Assembly: GCA_013178015.1 (NCBI GenBank)
Contig: JABLXR010000030.1
Coordinates: 51,238-115,237 of the forward strand
Length of the DNA: 64,000 nucleotides
Direction of reading: 5' to 3'
DNA from: Anaerolineae bacterium
Lineage (GTDB): Bacteria; Chloroflexota; Anaerolineae; DRVO01
Position 1 is the first letter of the stretch. Every line of letters starts with the position of its first letter. The notes beneath the pieces are model-generated. The model was given only the letters and a program-made list of their open reading frames with translations. It ran no database searches and was not told the DNA's origin. Shown here in pieces: positions 1 to 9,180 of this stretch. Made by a program: the position numbers and the translations under genes.

Positions 1-976
1 CGCCCTTGCTGCCCCCTGCTTCTTGGACACCACCGAGGTCAGCAAGCTGACTGCGTACTACGCGCTGTATGGCAAGACCGAGTCCTCCTTGGAGGCGGGT
101 GCCCGGGCCCTATTTCGGGAGCTGCCCCTCCGCGGGAAGCCCCCAGTGGACGTGCAGGCGGTCAACTACGAGCTCATTGTGCAGCTGGAGCCGGATCCGG
201 ACCAGGTGATCGAGCTGAGCATCGTCGGTGCTTCAGAGGCGGAGGGAGGCCAGCCGGTGGGGGTGAAGGTAGACAGCGTCATCACCGTGCGCACGGGCGT
301 CATCCTGGACCGCAATGGCAACCCGGTGCCGGATGAGACGCCGGTGGAGTTTCGGCTCTACTACCCCTCAGAGAGCCTGGAGCTACCTCGGCGTAAGGTG
401 ACCACGGTAGGTGGGGTGGCGGAGACGAGCATCAGGCTGGAACGGAGGGGTGAGCTGGAGGTCAGCGCCAGCACAAGCACTGGCACCGCCAGCACCACGC
501 TGGTGGTGTCCATTCGGGGCGACGAGCCTGCCACCTTCGCCACTATCGTGCCGCCCACTCCCACCCCTGAGCCGACCGAGACGCCCACTTCGGAGCCGGT
601 TGTCCAATCCACTGCGACCGGTGCACCCACTCCAGACACGAGCGGCGTTCGCGCGTCGGAGCCGCAGGTTCAGAGACTCCTCGGCGCGGCCGGGGCGTTG
701 GCGGATCGGGGCTTGCTGGCCTGGGCGCTGGCGGGTATCGCCGCCGGAGGTGCGGGGCTGAACCTGGCGCTCGGGCGCCGACTGCGCTCGCCCGAGCGCA
801 GGATGAGGATGACGCTGTGGAGCGTGATCTTCGGACTGGCCGCCTACTGTGGCTATCTGTTGGGGTGGTTGGGCCCGTTGGCGGTGCCAGGATGGCCGCC
901 GGGGGTGGCGGCGCTGGCGGTGGCAGGGGTGGCGGCGCTGGTGCCAGGGCTAGGTTTCGTCACGGCATCCCGGTGA
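1..976 (+). CDS. Hypothetical membrane-anchored protein, 5'-truncated by window edge. Soluble domain, Pro/Thr-rich linker ([16 protein letters not shown]), C-terminal hydrophobic helices
   Basis: The frame is open back to the window start (the listed ORF begins at an internal TTG at 23). It has coding-like composition, a low-complexity PT linker followed by two or three predicted TM helices ([41 protein letters not shown]). No family is recognised. Confidence 0.5.
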   Translation, partial: ALAAPCFLDTTEVSKLTAYYALYGKTESSLEAGARALFRELPLRGKPPVDVQAVNYELIVQLEPDPDQVIELSIVGASEAEGGQPVGVKVDSVITVRTGVILDRNGNPVPDETPVEFRLYYPSESLELPRRKVTTVGGVAETSIRLERRGELEVSASTSTGTASTTLVVSIRGDEPATFATIVPPTPTPEPTETPTSEPVVQSTATGAPTPDTSGVRASEPQVQRLLGAAGALADRGLLAWALAGIAAGGAGLNLALGRRLRSPERRMRMTLWSVIFGLAAYCGYLLGWLGPLAVPGWPPGVAALAVAGVAALVPGLGFVTASR

Positions 977-1970
977 AGCGTGGCGGCGGCCAATAGGTGA
1001 GGTAGGTTGCTGCGGCCAGCAAGAGGAGCGCCAGGAGGAGCAGGAGCGCGTTGGAGCGCAGGGCGGCACGCCAGTCGGAGCTGCCCGGCAGGGCGCCGCG
1101 GCCCAAGAGTGCGGCTCGGAACTGGGCGATGGAAGAGGGCCGGTCGTCCGGGTGCATCGCCAGGGCCCAGCAGATGGCGGCATCGGTGCGCTCGGATAAG
1201 CTCGGGTTGAGTTCCTGGGGGGGCGGCAGGGCATCGGGGCGCAGGAAACGGTCCTTGGCAGGAAGCGGGGGCTGGCCGGTGAGCAGGTGATACAGGGTAG
1301 CGCCCAGGCCGTAGATGTCGGCCCTAGTGTCGGTGTGCCCCGTCTCTCCGCCGTACTGCTCCAGGGGAGTGTAGCTGGCGGTGCCCCGTCCGTGCACCAC
1401 AGTGACAGTACGGGTCTGGTCGGGGGCCATGAGCTTGACCAGCCCGAAGTCCACCAGCTTCACCAACCCGCTGGCGGTCAGGCGGATGTTGGCGGGCTTG
1501 ATGTCTCGGTGGAGCACGGGTGGCTCCTGTGAATGCAGGTACTCAAGGGCATCACAAAGCTGCTCTGCCCACTCGAGAACTTGCTTCTCGCTCAGGCGCC
1601 TGCCCTCGGCGTTAGCCTTGTCTACGATGGTCTGCAAGTCCGGACCGGGGACAAAGTCCATTACCAGGTAGTCGCGGTCATTCTCGGAGAAGTGATCGGA
1701 CACCTTGGGCAGGTTGGGGTGGTCGAGACGGGCCAGGGTGCTGGCCTCCCGGTAGAACTGCTCCCGGGCATCTTCAGGATCGGTGAGCCCGTCCTCAGGG
1801 CACATAATCTCCTTGAGGGCGCACTCGCGGCCGCTGAGGCGCAGGTCATCCGCCCGGTACACCGCGCCCATGCCCCCTTGGGCGACGAGCTCCGTTATCC
1901 TGTACCGGGAATGCAGGACAATGCTCCCATCCAGAACCCGGGCCACCCGCTTCTCCTCCCGCGCCCGCAA
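960..1970 (-). CDS. Hanks-type Ser/Thr protein kinase with C-terminal transmembrane anchor
   Basis: Gly-rich loop [13 protein letters not shown], AxK (ALKEI), catalytic loop [14 protein letters not shown] (VDFGLVKL) and APE-like motifs; C-terminal [18 protein letters not shown] segment. Confidence 0.9.
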   Translation of the reverse strand: MRAREEKRVARVLDGSIVLHSRYRITELVAQGGMGAVYRADDLRLSGRECALKEIMCPEDGLTDPEDAREQFYREASTLARLDHPNLPKVSDHFSENDRDYLVMDFVPGPDLQTIVDKANAEGRRLSEKQVLEWAEQLCDALEYLHSQEPPVLHRDIKPANIRLTASGLVKLVDFGLVKLMAPDQTRTVTVVHGRGTASYTPLEQYGGETGHTDTRADIYGLGATLYHLLTGQPPLPAKDRFLRPDALPPPQELNPSLSERTDAAICWALAMHPDDRPSSIAQFRAALLGRGALPGSSDWRAALRSNALLLLLALLLLAAATYLTYWPPPRFTGMP

Positions 1971-2160
1971 CTCACATCGAAGCCTATCGCAGCCGCGGCG
2001 TCGGTGTCAATAGGACGGGTAGGGGATTTAGGGCTTTCTCAGAGTTGAGCTAGCGTTGGGCGAGCCGCCATCTGGCGCGGGCCAGGAACCACTGCCAGCC
2101 AGCGACCAGACAGGGAACAGAAGCGATGCAGCGTCCGGATAGCGCCCAGCCTGGCTCCGA

Positions 2161-2290
2161 TAGCCATCTCTGGTGGCTTGCCGCAGGACTGTGAGAAAGC
2201 CCCAGCCGTAGGGGCGAACCTCGTGTTCGCCCGCAGTATCCTCCGGTAGTCATCTCTAGTGGCCTGCCCCAGGACTTTGAGAAAGCCCTA
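2161..2290. repeat. Two ~44-bp imperfect direct repeats (2161-2204 and 2247-2290; tagYcatctctRgtggcYtgccNcaggactKtgagaaagcccYa) flanking a 26-bp palindromic element GTAGGGGCGAACCTCGTGTTCGCCCG (2208-2233)
   Basis: Read directly from sequence. The same 26-mer (1-2 mismatches) recurs twice in inverted orientation at 53769-53794 and 53840-53865. It lies in the divergent intergenic region between the kinase and the FHA regulator. Confidence 0.6.
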
Positions 2291-2432
2291 TGTACGGAAC
2301 GGGGCGCATGAGGTAGCGACCGTCTCCTGCAACGGCGTTGCGGTCGTTCTCCCTGCTAGCTGCAGCCTGCCCCTCACTTTGTCCCGGAGGGCGGCTTGCG
2401 GGACAATGGGGGGTACGAAGAGGGGGTCGGCG

Positions 2433-3077
2433 ATGGAGGACGATGCCATCCTGATAGTGAAGGAGGGGCCCGAGCGCGGTCGACGCTGGCCGCTGGTGCG
2501 GGACAGGATCGTCATTGGCCGCAGTCCGGAGGCCGATGTCTGCATACCGGATCGCCGCATTTCCAGCAGCCACGCCGAGATCAGCCGTCGGGATGGGCGG
2601 TACCACTTGCGCGATCTGGGGAGTAAGAACGGCACGTACGTGAACGGCCAGCTTCTGGACTCGGAGCGCGTGCTGACGGACGGCGACGAGATACACCTGG
2701 CTCTGGTAGTAACCCTGACTTTCGTGGATGCAGGGCGGACGATGCCCCTCATTTTCGGCGGTGCTCTGGAGCCGGGCCTCAAGCTGGATCCCCAGTCCCG
2801 GCGGGTCTGGGTGAGTGGCTGTGAGCTGGAGCCTCCGCTGTCCCAGGCGCAGTTCCGGCTGCTCCAGTTGTTGGTGGAGGCCAAGGGCGCGGTGTGCTCC
2901 CGGGACGAGGTCATGGCGGCTGTCTGGCCGGGCGAGGCGGAGGAGGGCATCACGGAGCAGGCCATCGATGCCCTGGTGCGGCGCCTTCGGGAACGACTGG
3001 CAGAGGTGGACCCCGACCACAGTTACGTTCTGACGGTTCGGGGGCACGGTTTCCGGCTGGAGCAGAAGGGGGTGTGA
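2433..3077 (+). CDS. FHA-domain protein fused to a C-terminal OmpR/PhoB-type winged-helix DNA-binding domain (putative transcriptional regulator)
   Basis: FHA signature (RIVIGRSPEADVCIPDRRISSSHAEISRRDGRYHLRDLGSKNGTYVNGQLL). C-terminal trans_reg_C-like segment (LSQAQFRLLQLLVEAKGAVCSRDEVMAAVWPGE...TVRGHGFRLE). The ATG at 2433 is preceded by GAAGAGGGGG; alternative starts are at 2406 and 2259. Confidence 0.8.
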   Translation: MEDDAILIVKEGPERGRRWPLVRDRIVIGRSPEADVCIPDRRISSSHAEISRRDGRYHLRDLGSKNGTYVNGQLLDSERVLTDGDEIHLALVVTLTFVDAGRTMPLIFGGALEPGLKLDPQSRRVWVSGCELEPPLSQAQFRLLQLLVEAKGAVCSRDEVMAAVWPGEAEEGITEQAIDALVRRLRERLAEVDPDHSYVLTVRGHGFRLEQKGV

Positions 3078-3322
3078 CGGCGTGCCAGCTCCGCGGGGCG
3101 ATAGGCTTCGTGGTTGTGGCTGCCACATGATGGTGGTAGAGGGAGCGGGTGCCGCCAGAGTCTGCCGGCAGGCAGGAGACTTGAACCAAACAACAGAATA
3201 TGTGCTAGACTAAGGGCGAACCAAGATAGCCGCAGGGCACGCCGGGAACATTTCAGCAGCGGGCGGAGGCTACGGCTATCGCACAACTGCGGCGTGCCGA
3301 TGCTCCGCCATGGGAGGTCCAC

Positions 3323-3616
3323 ATGGAGGATAGCCTGGGCAAGGTCAATGCTTGGGCCAGCCGCGGGACGCTGGAGCAGTTCCGGACGGAAGCCCGAGCA
3401 CGCCTGGACGCGCAGAGGTTCGACATCGAATTGGTGGGCGATTCGCTCATGTTCTACCAAAAGCGGAAGGAGGGTGGCATTCTCGGCTTGGGTGCCAAGT
3501 GGGTGCGCAAGCCCGTGCTGCGCATCTCCACCACCGAGAACGGGCTGCAAGTACAACCGCAGCCGCTGGACCCTGAGTTCCTCGACTATTTGGCGGCACG
3601 GCTCTCCGTGCACTAA
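3323..3616 (+). CDS. Small hypothetical protein (97 aa)
   Basis: GGGAGG Shine-Dalgarno 5 nt upstream of the ATG; coding-like codon usage; no recognisable family. Confidence 0.5.
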   Translation: MEDSLGKVNAWASRGTLEQFRTEARARLDAQRFDIELVGDSLMFYQKRKEGGILGLGAKWVRKPVLRISTTENGLQVQPQPLDPEFLDYLAARLSVH

Positions 3617-3886
3617 GCGGCATGCCCGACGGGCTCGCGCTTGTCGGAGATGAAGGACGGTGCCACCCCCCGACGTGCCTCTGGCCGGACCGGGCCTTCG
3701 TCACCAGGCTGGCGCTGTTCGTCACCCCGACTTGTCGGCCGTCGGTGATCCAGTCCTGGATCACCGACGGCTATCCCTGTTCCAGCGTCCCCGTGTGCCA
3801 GGAGTTCCGCGACTTCTGACTCCCCCAATGTAGCTGACCGGGGCACGTCACCGGCGGGCGGTTACTGTCGCCTTTCTTCCCCTTAT

Positions 3887-5122
3887 GTGCGACAATACCG
3901 TCACGTGGGCAAGGGGGAACCGGTGTCGGAGCCGCTCGACCGGGATACCGTTCACCAGGCGTTGCTGGCGCTGTACGACAACGTGCAGCTGGCGCAGGCC
4001 CGCCTCGTCGAGCATTTCCCCGGCGTCCAGGCTACCCTGGCTGTGGACGAGCGGGCGGAAGCCACGCGGTCGTTGCTTCTGGAGGCGCTCGACTCGTTGC
4101 GTCCAGCCCGGCCGTTGCCCTTTGGCTCCCCCGGCGCCCGCAGCTATGACGTACTCAGGCTGCGCTACCTGGAGCGCATGCGCATCTCTCGCATCGAGGA
4201 CGAGCTGTCTATCGGGCGCCGGCAAGTCTTCCGGGACCTGGAGGAGGCCGAGGCCAAGCTGGCCGAGGTCCTGACGTCCTGGGCCCGGTCGGGGAAGGAC
4301 GTGGGGGCTCTCGCGTCGGCAGATGATACCCTGAGCGACGAGTTGCTGGCCCTGGTCAGCAGTCCGGGACAGGTGAGCCTGGCCGAGGCGATAGCCGAGG
4401 CCCTGGCGGTGGTGCAGCCCCTGGCGGAAGAGCTGGGGAAGGCAGTGGAAGCCCCAGCCCCCGGCACCGCTGACGACTACGTCCTGGCCGACGCCAGCAT
4501 GCTCCGCCAGGTGTTGGTCCAGCTGCTCTGCTGTGCCGCTCAGGCCAGCTCCGGCCACGTCGAGCTGACGATGGCCGGGGACGGCGACCCCGAGGAGGCG
4601 GTGGTGGAGCTGCGGTTCCAAGGTCGGGTGGATGCCACCCAGGAGCGCCGCCTGGCGGACGCCCGACGAATCGCCCTCTCCCAAGGCATTGGTTGCCACC
4701 TCGGGGGCGGGCCGGAGGATGGCTGGGCCATCAGCCTCCACCTGCGGCGGGGGCGGCCGGTGTCGGTGCTGGTGGTGGAGGACAACCCCGGCGCCATCGA
4801 GCTCTACCGGCGCTACCTCTCTGCCCGTTGCTGGCGAGTGCACAGCCTCTCGGATCCCCGAGTGACGGCGGAAGTGGCCCGCCAGTCTCTCCCTGACGTG
4901 ATCGTCCTCGACATAATGATGCCTCGCCTGGACGGGTGGAGCGTACTGAGGCACCTGCGACAGCAACCGGAGACGGCCAACATCCCGGTGCTAGTCTGTT
5001 CGGTAGTAGAGCAGCCCGAGTTGACGACGATCCTGGGGGCCAATGCCTACCTGACCAAGCCAGTATCGGAGGGAGCCTTCATTGCCGCTCTTCGCCGTTG
5101 CCTGGCGGAGCCGGGGCGGTAG
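3887..5122 (+). CDS. Multi-domain regulator: sigma-70 region-4-like HTH, then a HATPase_c-like segment (no obvious DHp/H-box), then a C-terminal receiver (REC) domain
   Basis: HTH segment YDVLRLRYLERMRISRIEDELSIGRRQVFRDLEEAEAKL resembles ECF sigma region 4. HATPase-like region: LRQVLVQLLCCAAQAS...VELRFQGRVD...GIGCHLGGGPEDGWAISLHL. REC domain: VLVVEDNPGAIELYRRYL...VIVLDIMMPRLDGWSVLRHLR...AYLTKP. The exact start is uncertain. The 3' end overlaps the convergent kinase by 44 nt. Confidence 0.65.
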   Translation: MRQYRHVGKGEPVSEPLDRDTVHQALLALYDNVQLAQARLVEHFPGVQATLAVDERAEATRSLLLEALDSLRPARPLPFGSPGARSYDVLRLRYLERMRISRIEDELSIGRRQVFRDLEEAEAKLAEVLTSWARSGKDVGALASADDTLSDELLALVSSPGQVSLAEAIAEALAVVQPLAEELGKAVEAPAPGTADDYVLADASMLRQVLVQLLCCAAQASSGHVELTMAGDGDPEEAVVELRFQGRVDATQERRLADARRIALSQGIGCHLGGGPEDGWAISLHLRRGRPVSVLVVEDNPGAIELYRRYLSARCWRVHSLSDPRVTAEVARQSLPDVIVLDIMMPRLDGWSVLRHLRQQPETANIPVLVCSVVEQPELTTILGANAYLTKPVSEGAFIAALRRCLAEPGR

Positions 5123-7283
5123 AGCCGCGCAAGGACGTCTCCAGCAGAGCCACCAGCTCCCCGGGACGGAACGTGCCCCGCTTGCTCAGGGAGAAGGCTG
5201 CGCCTTCGGTGGTGAGCTGGTCCTCGCCGGGTGTGGCGGCGCTCACGGCCACTACAGGGATGTGCTCCAGGCCGGGGTCGGTTCGCATCTGCCGGAGTAC
5301 CTCGAAACCGCTGACCTCGGGCATGACCAGATCGAGCAGGACCAGATCCGGCGGGGATTGCCGCAACTTGGCCAGTGCTGCTCGGCCGTTGTAGGCAAAC
5401 TGAAGACTGTAGCGCCGATCGCTCGCTGACTCGATCATGCGGCTGAGAAGCTGCACAAATCCCCGGTCATCGTCAACCAGCAGCAGGCTGGCCTCGGCTG
5501 GCCCTGGCGGCAAGACCTCCGCCAGCACCGCCATCACGTCCTCTTCCGACACGGGCTTCACCAGGGTGGCGGCGAATCCGCTCCCCTGGGCCAGGGACTC
5601 TCTTCTGGGCAAGCTGGCCCGAATGAGGGAAGCGCCCTCGGGCAGGTCGAGGAGGAGCTCGGCACCGGAATACCCGTCCGCTTCGGCGGAGCCCAGGATG
5701 ACCGCCACCGGGCGTAGCCTCTCGGAGGCGGCGGCCAATTCCTCGCGGCTGCGGACGGTGATGAAGTCATAGGCATCGAGGCGACGGCTGAGGTAGGCAG
5801 CGGAGCCGCCTTCACCGTCCAGTACCAGGACCTTGGGCTTCTCCCGCGGCTGGCTCACCGGCAGCGGGGTGACCTGTCCCACTCGAGCGGTGCTCTTATC
5901 CTGGACGGGGAGGGCGAAGGTGAAGGTAGTTCCCTGACCCAGGACGCTCTCCGCCCAGATGCGCCCACCATGAAGCTGCACCAGACGCTTGGCGATGGCC
6001 AGGCCCAGCCCCTTGCCCGCCTCCGGTTCCTCTTTGGGCCGGCCGACCTGATAGAACTCGTTGAAGATGGTGCTCAGTTCCGCCTCCGGGATGCCCCGGC
6101 CGGTGTCGGTCACGCTCACCACCACTTCCCCCGCTTCTAGGGCGGCCCGCACCGTGACCGAGCCCCGATCGGTGAAGCGGATGGCATTGACCAGGAGGTT
6201 GAACAGCACCTGCCGTATGCGCTGGGGGTCTATCAGGAGAGTGGGCAGCTCGGGTGCCAGGTCCACGGCCAGGGTGAGCCCCTTCTCCAGAGCCAAGCTG
6301 CTGACCACCTGGACTACGTCCTGGATGAGAGGCTGCAGGCCGGTGGGCTGGCGTTGGATGGGCATGGCCAGCGCGTCTATGCGGGCCAGGTCCACCACAT
6401 CGTCCACCAGGCGGGAGAGGTAGGCGGCGTTGCTTTGGATCTCGGCCAGGTCGCGCATCAGGGCCTCGCTCCAGGAAGTGTAGCCGTAGAGGTGAGGCTT
6501 GCGGCAGATGAGCTTGCTAAAGCCGAGGATGATGTTGAGGGGAGTACGCAGTTCGTGGCTGAGGTTGGTGGCGAAGCGGTGTCTCAGGTCTCGGAGGAGG
6601 TCGGCCTCATTTCGAGCTAAGGCCAGGTCGTAGTTGGTCTGCTGGAGGAGCTGGTAGGAAGCGTCGAGGTCTCGGATGGTGCGGTTGAGCTTGCCGCGCT
6701 GGTCCTGGAGTTGTTCGGCGAGGACGGTGGACTCCAGGCTTCGCTGCCAGGACCAGTTGAGGAGGTGGTAGAGGGGGCGGAGGACGAGCCAGGTGACGAT
6801 GCCGGTGGCGATGGGGAGAAGGATTAGCGGCCACTCCGGGTGGGGACGCATGACGAAGCTGGCCACGGCCGCGGTACCGATACCCCAGACTGCGGCCCAG
6901 GCGGGGCGGAGGAGGACTCCTGATATGACCACTGGCAGGGTCAGGAAGGCGAGAGCCGACCGGGGCTCACCCAAGCGAACGCCGAGGCAGACCAGAGCCA
7001 CCAGCCCTAGGCACAGAGCTAGGGCAGCCAGCTGCGGGGAACGCTGCTGCAGGGTGTAGCCGGCCACGGCCAGGAAGGAGCCCAACGAAACCAGGGCAAG
7101 CAGGGCCGCATCCGATGGCACGTTGACCAGTCCGTACCATCCAAGGAAGGCTGCCAGCGCCAGGGTGACAAGCAGGGAGTTGAGGACTGGACGCCTCAGG
7201 TCATCATCATGCAGCGCAGGGACAGATCGCTTTCGGGGCTGGCCGAGCTCTCGAGACATGAGCACCGCTTCCCTTCTGATCAA
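5079..7283 (-). CDS. Membrane-bound hybrid sensor histidine kinase (polytopic N-terminal sensor, HisKA, HATPase_c, two receiver-like domains)
   Basis: Multiple N-terminal TM helices. H-box FATNLSHELRTPLNIILGF. G-boxes DTGRGIPEAEL...GKGLGLAIAKRLVQLHGGRIWAESVLGQGTTFTF. C-terminal REC: LLLVDDDRGFVQLL...LVLLDLVMPEVSGFEVLRQMR...VVAVSA, plus an upstream degenerate REC-like segment. Confidence 0.9.
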   Translation of the reverse strand: MIRREAVLMSRELGQPRKRSVPALHDDDLRRPVLNSLLVTLALAAFLGWYGLVNVPSDAALLALVSLGSFLAVAGYTLQQRSPQLAALALCLGLVALVCLGVRLGEPRSALAFLTLPVVISGVLLRPAWAAVWGIGTAAVASFVMRPHPEWPLILLPIATGIVTWLVLRPLYHLLNWSWQRSLESTVLAEQLQDQRGKLNRTIRDLDASYQLLQQTNYDLALARNEADLLRDLRHRFATNLSHELRTPLNIILGFSKLICRKPHLYGYTSWSEALMRDLAEIQSNAAYLSRLVDDVVDLARIDALAMPIQRQPTGLQPLIQDVVQVVSSLALEKGLTLAVDLAPELPTLLIDPQRIRQVLFNLLVNAIRFTDRGSVTVRAALEAGEVVVSVTDTGRGIPEAELSTIFNEFYQVGRPKEEPEAGKGLGLAIAKRLVQLHGGRIWAESVLGQGTTFTFALPVQDKSTARVGQVTPLPVSQPREKPKVLVLDGEGGSAAYLSRRLDAYDFITVRSREELAAASERLRPVAVILGSAEADGYSGAELLLDLPEGASLIRASLPRRESLAQGSGFAATLVKPVSEEDVMAVLAEVLPPGPAEASLLLVDDDRGFVQLLSRMIESASDRRYSLQFAYNGRAALAKLRQSPPDLVLLDLVMPEVSGFEVLRQMRTDPGLEHIPVVAVSAATPGEDQLTTEGAAFSLSKRGTFRPGELVALLETSLRGSTAPAPPGNGEERQ

Positions 7284-7521
7284 TCGTGGGGCGACAGGCG
7301 TTACCGGTTGCTTGCCGCATCGAGTACGGCCGCATGGGCGGGAACATAGGCAAGAATAGCATCTCCACGTCTTTCTGTCATCGATCTACTGCGCCACGGG
7401 GATCAGGTCTCTGTCACCCTTGTGTCACCTCTGCACCATCACACTTGCGGCCGGTAATGGAGTAAGATGGCGCTGTCGGCTCTCCGCTGGTCTCGTGCCT
7501 CTGCCGATTGAGGAGGGAAAG

Positions 7522-8952
7522 ATGAGCAAGGAAGGAAAGGTCTCGCGGCGTTCGTTCGTCCTCGGAGGGTCTAGGCTCGTGGGTGCCGCAGGCGCAATGG
7601 CGGCGCTCTCCGCCTGTGCCGCTACGCCGCAGGTGGTGGAGAAGGTAGTCAAGGAGACCGTGGAGGTCGAGAAGGTCGTCAAGGAAACGGTGGTGGTCGA
7701 GGCCACAACAGCCCCGCGATCGGCTGTAGTCCAGATTCTCATGCCGGAGTTTGGCGAGTACTACGATCAGATCCTGGTGGATACGAGCGACTGGTTCAGG
7801 GAGGATCACCCCGAGGTGACTTTCGAATGGTCATTCGCGCAGCAACACCAGGAGAAGCTGCTGACTCAGATCGCCAGCGGGTTGGCACCCGACATAACGT
7901 ACGTCAACTACATCAACGGTGTCAGCATAGCGTACCGCGGCGTGCTGCTGCCCATGGACGAGTGGTTTGCCGCCGCAGGGCTCAGCACCGATGACTTCCT
8001 CTATGGTGTGATGCACTCCTACATCTGGCGGGGCAGGGCCTATGCTATGCCCATCACTTACGATGCCATGGGCTTCTACTGGAACAAAAATGTCTATGAA
8101 GAGGTAGGGCTGGATCCAGAGCAGCCACCCAGGACCATCGCTGAGCTTGAGGCGCACTCCGACAAGATTCTCTTGAAGGACGACGCTGGCAACATCCAGC
8201 GAATCGGCTACAGCCCCAGCTCGAGCACTTTCGTTCTGTTCGCCTTCATGCGGGGCGGGCAGTTCTACGACGCGGAGAACGACCTCGTCACTGCCGATGA
8301 TCCGCCCAATGTCGAGGACCTGGAGTGGGAGGTAGCTCAAGTCGAGAAGCTGGACGTGGATCGGATGAGTTCGTTCTGGTCGGCAGCTCCTGGCTACTCA
8401 TCTCCAGGGAACCCCTTCACCGTGAATACCCAGGGCCTGGTCTATGGCGGTTGGTGGAACGCTGACTTCTACGAGAAGGTAGAGGGGCTCCGGTATGGGT
8501 TCACCAATGTGCCTTCGCTCACAGGAGATCCCGCAGAGCAGGAGAAGCTGTTCCAGCCATCCTGGGCCGTGGCGGTGCCGCAAGGGGCCAAGGAGCCAGA
8601 ATGGGCCTGGCGGTACATCAAGTACTTCACCGTCGACAACGGGGTGGAGTGCGGCCTGCACGCCGAGCAGTCGTGCTGCTACCTCCCCATCGTGGAGGAG
8701 TGGATAGACCGCTGGGTCGAGGAGAAGATGGCGGGCCAGATCAAGGAGTATGGCAAGGAGTTCTTCACCAATGCCATGCTCTCGGCGCGCTGGTGGCCGG
8801 CCATGCCTGTGGCGGCTATGTACAACACCGAGGTCTCGCGCGCCTACGACTTCGCTATCCACGGCCAGGGGACACCGGCGGAGGTATTGGCCAAGACGAG
8901 GGAGACGGTGCAGGCAGAGCTCGACGGCGTGTTGGCGGCGCTGGGCGGCTAG
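7522..8952 (+). CDS. ABC transporter extracellular solute-binding protein (carbohydrate/CUT1-like) with Tat-type signal
   Basis: AGGAGGG Shine-Dalgarno before ATG 7522. RRSFVLGGS twin-arginine signal. Duplicated lipobox-proximal linker (VVEKVVKETVEVEKVVKETVVVE). Family-1 SBP features. First gene of a long + strand cluster. Confidence 0.85.
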   Translation: MSKEGKVSRRSFVLGGSRLVGAAGAMAALSACAATPQVVEKVVKETVEVEKVVKETVVVEATTAPRSAVVQILMPEFGEYYDQILVDTSDWFREDHPEVTFEWSFAQQHQEKLLTQIASGLAPDITYVNYINGVSIAYRGVLLPMDEWFAAAGLSTDDFLYGVMHSYIWRGRAYAMPITYDAMGFYWNKNVYEEVGLDPEQPPRTIAELEAHSDKILLKDDAGNIQRIGYSPSSSTFVLFAFMRGGQFYDAENDLVTADDPPNVEDLEWEVAQVEKLDVDRMSSFWSAAPGYSSPGNPFTVNTQGLVYGGWWNADFYEKVEGLRYGFTNVPSLTGDPAEQEKLFQPSWAVAVPQGAKEPEWAWRYIKYFTVDNGVECGLHAEQSCCYLPIVEEWIDRWVEEKMAGQIKEYGKEFFTNAMLSARWWPAMPVAAMYNTEVSRAYDFAIHGQGTPAEVLAKTRETVQAELDGVLAALGG

Positions 8953-9180
8953 AGCCCAGGCCAGCGCGCCAGTGTCGTTCCAAGAACGGGTAACCATGCC
9001 TGACCCAGAGCCACTCCAACGGCGGGGATGGGTCCCGCCTTACAGAGAGAAGCCGCTTCACTCTGCTGGCGGACCCCCGTCCAGCAGAGCAGCCGACAGG
9101 CGACCGCCGCTACGGTAGCAGGGCCGTCCCCGGAGGATTGGTCCGATCCTCTGGGGACGGCGGGACCTGAGGAGATAGCC

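Noticed and set aside
2256-3128. 290-aa and 225-aa minus-strand ORFs overlapping the FHA/wHTH regulator
   Set aside because: These are antisense to a gene with strong domain evidence, and have low-complexity Arg/Pro-rich products.
3848-4966. 372-aa minus-strand ORF fully overlapping the HTH-HATPase-REC gene
   Set aside because: No recognisable domains and an Arg/Pro/Gly-rich composition typical of antisense frames in high-GC DNA. The + strand frame carries clear HTH and receiver signatures.
7284-7521. GTCAC-containing short direct repeats (ctgtcacccttgtgtcacctctgcaccatcacac) in the divergent promoter between the hybrid kinase and the ABC solute-binding protein gene
   Set aside because: The repeats are only 5-6 bp and irregularly spaced. 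This could be chance in a 240-bp region, so it is not reported as a feature.
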